From Haliotis rufescens (lineage: Eukaryota): 64,000 nt of DNA. Numbering within the stretch: the stretch's first letter is position 1; every line of letters begins with the position of its first letter. A model generated the notes under the pieces. It was not told the DNA's origin, made no database searches, and was given only the letters and a program-made list of their open reading frames with translations. The translations under genes and the position numbers were made by a program. Below, piece by piece: positions 61,786 to 64,000 of the stretch. The stretch spans positions 3,410,001-3,474,000 of the forward strand of contig NW_025964057.1 in NCBI RefSeq assembly GCF_023055435.1. The letters are read 5' to 3'.

Positions 61786-62883
61786 TATGGACTTATATAT
61801 AACTGTTGTCCTCAAGGCCTCGTACACAATTAATTGAAACATATCCACAGAGACGTGGTACAGAGTATTTAATGGCACTTCATCTGAATTATGTAGAAGC
61901 CCTTTCAGCAACCACTTGGTATAGACATATGTGAAATAGACCATACAAAACATCAGAAAACCATTAATATTCAAACGCATTCTCAACGCGCCTCAGGACT
62001 TCTGCATGATTGGCGTCCTGGAGTCGCATCCAAGGCCAGGATTTATCGAGCGGAGCTAACAGTGCCTGAGGTGAACCACGGGGGTGTACACCCAGCCCAT
62101 CGCGCCCACCCCGGGGGTGGATGTGTGATCAGCCAACTAGAAAATGTCAAGTTTGTTATGGCCGTTCCCGGACATGTGTTATTCTTCATGGTCCTCCTCT
62201 GTTTTGGTGACCCTCCCCTGATCCCTCTGACCCACCCGCCCCTATAATAAATGACCGGGGACTTATAGTAGTGGGAAGTCCTTGTAGGGAGAGTCCGAAC
62301 GCCGGGAAAAGTCAGTAAAAAATCGATTTTCGATTTTAACATCTGTCAAAATTATTAAAGAATTAAGAAAACACATAGTCCCAGTTTGAACGCTTTAAAA
62401 ATCAACAATCAAATCTTTTCCACACTGATCACATTATATGTTTGTGTAAAGCTCTATCATCTGTCTGAACCTCTCCGGACACATCAGTTTTTAATTAACG
62501 AGAATTAACAAACACAGAACGTCTTGCCTGGACGCTCCACATTACACTAACAGCACCATGCTCCATGGATCCCGACTCTGACCTGGACGGAGCACGTCAC
62601 GGCGTCATCTGACCCCTGAACAAACCCCAGTAAAGAGCCTCCGGATATCAATAACACGGAGATCAGACATAAAACCTAGTTAAAAGTACATCTTCAGATT
62701 CCTCCACTGGTGTGCCAGGCAACAGTTCATGCTTGGCTGACCAGCAATGTAAGTCTGTATCAAGTTAATCAGGTTTCTCTGATCTCCAACTTCCCTCACT
62801 GTTCTCGGCCAGCCAACCTTGACCTCTGTGCACGAGCCTATTTAGCCTCGTACCATCAGTATAGGGCACTGTAGGAATAATAA

Positions 62884-63137
62884 GACCCGCGAAGATCCGG
62901 GTTAGAATAGGTCTTCAGCAACCCATGCTTGTCGTAAGAGGCGACTAACGGGATCAGGTGGTCAGGCTCGCTGACTTGGTTGATGCATGTCATCGTATCC
63001 CAATTTCGTAGATCGATGCTCATGATGTCAATCACTGGATTGTCTGTTACAGACTCGATAACTTAGAGACCGCCGTCATATAGCTGGTATATTGCGGAGT
63101 GCGGCGTTAAACAACAATGAAAGAAACAAACAAACAA
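62884..63137 (+). mobile_element. SINE family B (core GCTTGTCGTAAGAGGCGACTAA, (AAAC)n tail), representative copy
   Basis: About 250-bp repeat also at about 6678-6912(+), 11005-11213(-), 19651-19921(-), 20434-20690(-), 20849-20998(-), 36048-36309(+), 37237-37481(+), 40982-41194(+), 46616-46868(-), 55062-55330(-), 55587-55750(+), 56519-56776(+) and 57742-58320(-). The core resembles the Nin/Deu SINE domain as I recall it. Confidence 0.85.
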
Positions 63138-63257
63138 GAATGGTGAGTATTCGCCTGATTCACAAATATTTTGACTTTTCTCAAAACATTCCATAGTTGA
63201 TACTGAGCGCTAACTTTCCAAAGCAAAACACTGAAACAAATAAATAAATAATGGAAT

Positions 63258-64000
63258 AATATATCAGAGACTGTATAGAGTCTGGCCGGTAGGAATGATA
63301 TATCAGAGACTGTACTGAGTCTGGCCGTTAGGAATGATATATCAGAGACTGTATATTGTCTGGCCGGTAGGAATGATATATCAGAGACTGTATGGAGTCT
63401 GGCGGGTAGGAATGATATATCAGAGACTGTATTGAGTCTGGCCGGTAGGAATGATATATCAGAGACTGTATTGAGTCTGGCGGGTAGGAATGATATATCA
63501 GATACTGTATAGAGTCTGGCGGGTAGGAATGATATATCAGATACTGTATAGAGTCTGGCGGGTAGGAATGATATATCAGAGACTGTATATTGTCTGGCCG
63601 GTAGGAATGATATATCAGAGACTGTATTGAGTCTGGCCGGTAGGAATGATATATCAGAGACTGTATAGAGTCTGGCGGGTAGGAATGATATATCAGAGAC
63701 TGTATAGAGTCTGGCCGGTAGGAATGATATATCAGATACTGTATAGAGTCTGGCGGGTAGGAATGATATATCAGAGACTGTATAGAGTCTGGCCGGTAGG
63801 AATGATATATCAGAGACTGTATTGAGTCTGGCCGGTAGGAATGATATATCAGAGACTGTATTGAGTCTGGCGGGTAGGAATGATATATCAGATACTGTAT
63901 TGAGTCTGGCGGGTAGGAATGATATATCAGATACTGTATAGAGTCTGGCGGGTAGGAATGATATATCAGATACTGTATAGAGTCTGGCGGGTAGGAATGA
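63258..64000. repeat. 39-bp minisatellite (ATATATCAGAGACTGTATAGAGTCTGGCCGGTAGGAATG), running off the window
   Basis: About 19 units up to the window end. Confidence 0.97.

Noticed and set aside
62450-62755. Possible first exon ending at AAT|GTAAGT (about 62748)
   Set aside because: No convincing ORF or downstream exon in the window; a donor motif alone is insufficient.

Overview
Repeat-rich eukaryotic (animal) genomic DNA with three assembly gaps. The SINE and minisatellite content suggests a mollusc, probably abalone (Haliotis); that is inference. Three spliced genes can be rebuilt with canonical GT-AG sites and consistent phases. (1) MAT2B (methionine adenosyltransferase 2 beta, 299 aa, 5 exons, minus strand, 20202->11921). 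(2) Head-to-head with it, a 6-exon, 1340-aa plus-strand gene (23091-34395). Its three small 5' exons, mostly missed by the ORF track, splice into a clear Scm3/HJURP CENP-A-binding domain followed by a long disordered tail, making it a candidate invertebrate centromeric histone chaperone. (3) A 4-exon, 112-aa secreted protein (42136-47035) made of a signal peptide and an R-spondin-like pair of furin-like Cys-rich modules, with no TSP1 domain. The rest is four SINE families, several MITEs and nonautonomous DNA transposons with target-site duplications, decayed Tc1 and Gypsy coding remnants, and many minisatellites. Several minisatellites amplify functional signals: about 88 copies of a MAT2B splice acceptor, about 17 of a branch-point motif, about 35 of a stop codon, and 10 of a transposase segment. 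Most long ORFs in the supplied track are artefacts of these arrays.
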